A DNA stretch of 64,000 nt from Chara braunii (Eukaryota > Plantae > Charophyceae), in assembly GCA_003427395.1 (NCBI GenBank), contig BFEA01000014.1:789629-853628 (forward strand). The letters are read 5' to 3'. Positions 62,401 to 64,000 of this stretch are shown piece by piece. Position 1 is the first letter of the stretch; the number at the start of each line of letters is the position of its first letter. Under the pieces are notes generated by a model. The model was not told the origin of the DNA. It did no database searches and was given only the letters and a program-made list of their open reading frames with translations. Position numbers and translations under genes: made by a program.

Positions 62401-63927
62401 GCAGGGGTCAGCTCTCATGAGCACCGTCAAATCATCAACGAAAAGTAATGTGACTGGTAGCCGATGGTGCGGTATTTCAGGAACATCTATTTTGTGAATG
62501 AGTGGGTTGACCCTTATTACAGATGCCAGGGCCTCCATAATGATGACGAAGAGCAGGGCAGCTATAGGGTCTCCCTGTCTTACTGACCGTTGCAGGGGGA
62601 AGGGGTTGGAAAGGTATCCGTTGGCCATCACATTAGTGGTCGCGGTTCTATGGAGGGTGTCTACCCATCTCCTAACATTCGGTCCCAGATTCATTGTTTG
62701 CATGCAGAGATCCAAAAAAAAACAGTCAACATGGTCATAGGCTTTTTCAAAATCAATGAAGAGGATGGGCGCCTCCTTTGCCCTCTGTCGAGCATATTTA
62801 ATTGTCTCATTCACAAGTAGTATGTTGTCCTGTATGTTTCGTTCCGATATGAAACCGGATTGATCCGGATGAATGAGGTGACGCATATGCGGTAGCAACC
62901 TGTTCGTGAGGGCTTTCACCACCATTTTGTACGGGACCAGCAAGAGGGTGATAGGCCTGTAGTTCCTCACCTCGTTTTTCGCCCCCTTTTTGTAAAGTAG
63001 CGTGGTGACCCCTTGATTCAATAGACCCCCAAACGTCCCTTCTTCCAGGACCGCATTAATGTATTCCATCAAGTCCTGACAGAGTGTATCCCAAAAGGCA
63101 AGCCAAAAATCCTTTGGGAAGGAGTCGAGTCCTGGTGCTTTTCATCTTCCATTTGCAGAAGCAAGGTGTGGACCTCATGTTGAGACAGCGGGGCTTCCAA
63201 GGATTGGCTGACGTCGTGGGATAGTTGTATATTCAGGTTAGCCAATAGATGTTGCCTAGCATTTTCTACGGTAGCAGGTGACCTCCGGGGCATGCAAGAT
63301 GTGAAGAGGCCCTTATAGTATTTTGCCGCATAGTCCACTACCGCATAGGGGTTTGTCACCTCGGGTTGTGAGTCATCCAGCGGATGTCTAAGGGAGGTGA
63401 TCGCAGCTTGTCTAGCCCTGGCTTTTGCCTGCATGAAGAAGGTTTTGGCCATAGTGCCTTCAGTCTGATTCTTTTTTATTTTGGCTTGCAATCTTCACCT
63501 TTCGGCTTGTTCGTTGAGGTATTCTTGCAGTCTGTCCCTTGCTTGTAGCAATTGGGAGTAGACACCATTGTCCAGGGGTTGGGAGGTTAGCTTTTCAGCC
63601 CATTGTTCCAAAGTATGCAGCAATCCTTCTAATGTAGCCTTCCTCTCCCTTGCCCTTTTTATGGAATACTTTTCAGCTCTCTACTGAGGCGTGCGATCCC
63701 CTCATTAAACCATTCCACCACAAAGCGGTATTCCAGTTTTTTATTTTTCCAATAATCCCACAATTCGTTCACACATTGATGGAAGGACGGCAAGTTAAGG
63801 AGGGAGGTATTAAGTTTGAAGAAGCTGGGCCCTCGCGAGAAAGGCGGGCAGCGGAGGCTTGGTTACAAGTGTGGTGGGGCATTCTAAGGACCCTTACTTT
63901 GTTGGGACACTATGGTCGTTCCTACAC
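59420..63927 (-). mobile_element. L1/Tx1-type LINE: post-endonuclease region, RT, zf-RVT, 3' UTR and A-rich tail; frameshifted
   Basis: GPSFFKLNTSLL; NYRPITLL, IHPDQSGFI, IDFEKAYD, SVRQGDPIA, LFVDD; 3' motif 59483-59593; T-rich tail 59420-59461. Confidence 0.95.
62185..63072 (-). pseudogene. Non-LTR reverse transcriptase domain
   Basis: 295-aa ORF with RT motifs; catalytic motif reads FVDD; frameshifts on both sides. Confidence 0.95.
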
Positions 63928-63965
63928 CTGTCTCTTATACACATCTAGATGTGTATAAGAGACAG
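63928..63965. other. Nextera mate-pair junction adapter (two inverted Tn5 mosaic ends); assembly artefact
   Basis: Exact CTGTCTCTTATACACATCT+AGATGTGTATAAGAGACAG; the following 35 bp are identical to 47821-47855. Confidence 0.99.
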
Positions 63966-64000
63966 CTCTATAGGCCTGCTCAGTCAATCCCCTGGGTTGC

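Noticed and set aside
63928-63965. Natural Tn5/IS50 ends
   Set aside because: Matches the engineered mosaic end in mate-pair junction configuration; no transposase

Overview
Repeat-saturated eukaryotic nuclear DNA with no intact host gene. The Ty3 gag, L1-type LINEs, intron-bearing mitochondrial inserts and N-gaps suggest a streptophyte alga such as Chara, which is an inference and not a database result. Contents: (1) a near full-length degenerate chromodomain-bearing Ty3/Gypsy element on the minus strand (13982-21412) with an iMet PBS and no protease; (2) a solo LTR with a 5-bp TSD (9957-11275); (3) four L1/Tx1-type LINE pieces plus many 3'-end stubs; (4) four TTAA-flanked elements sharing ACCACCAG(TAC) termini, and one MITE with an 8-bp TSD; (5) organellar fragments (cox1, LSU rRNA, LAGLIDADG ORF); (6) two inverted, diverged copies of a long non-coding region with compensatory hairpins; (7) several spaced-repeat arrays; (8) a Nextera mate-pair junction adapter misassembled at the right end. 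The strongest novelty candidates are a covarying three-stem RNA motif shared by the 3' ends of divergent LINEs and non-autonomous elements, an SH3/Tudor-like insert in LINE ORF2, and the piggyBac-like TTAA family.
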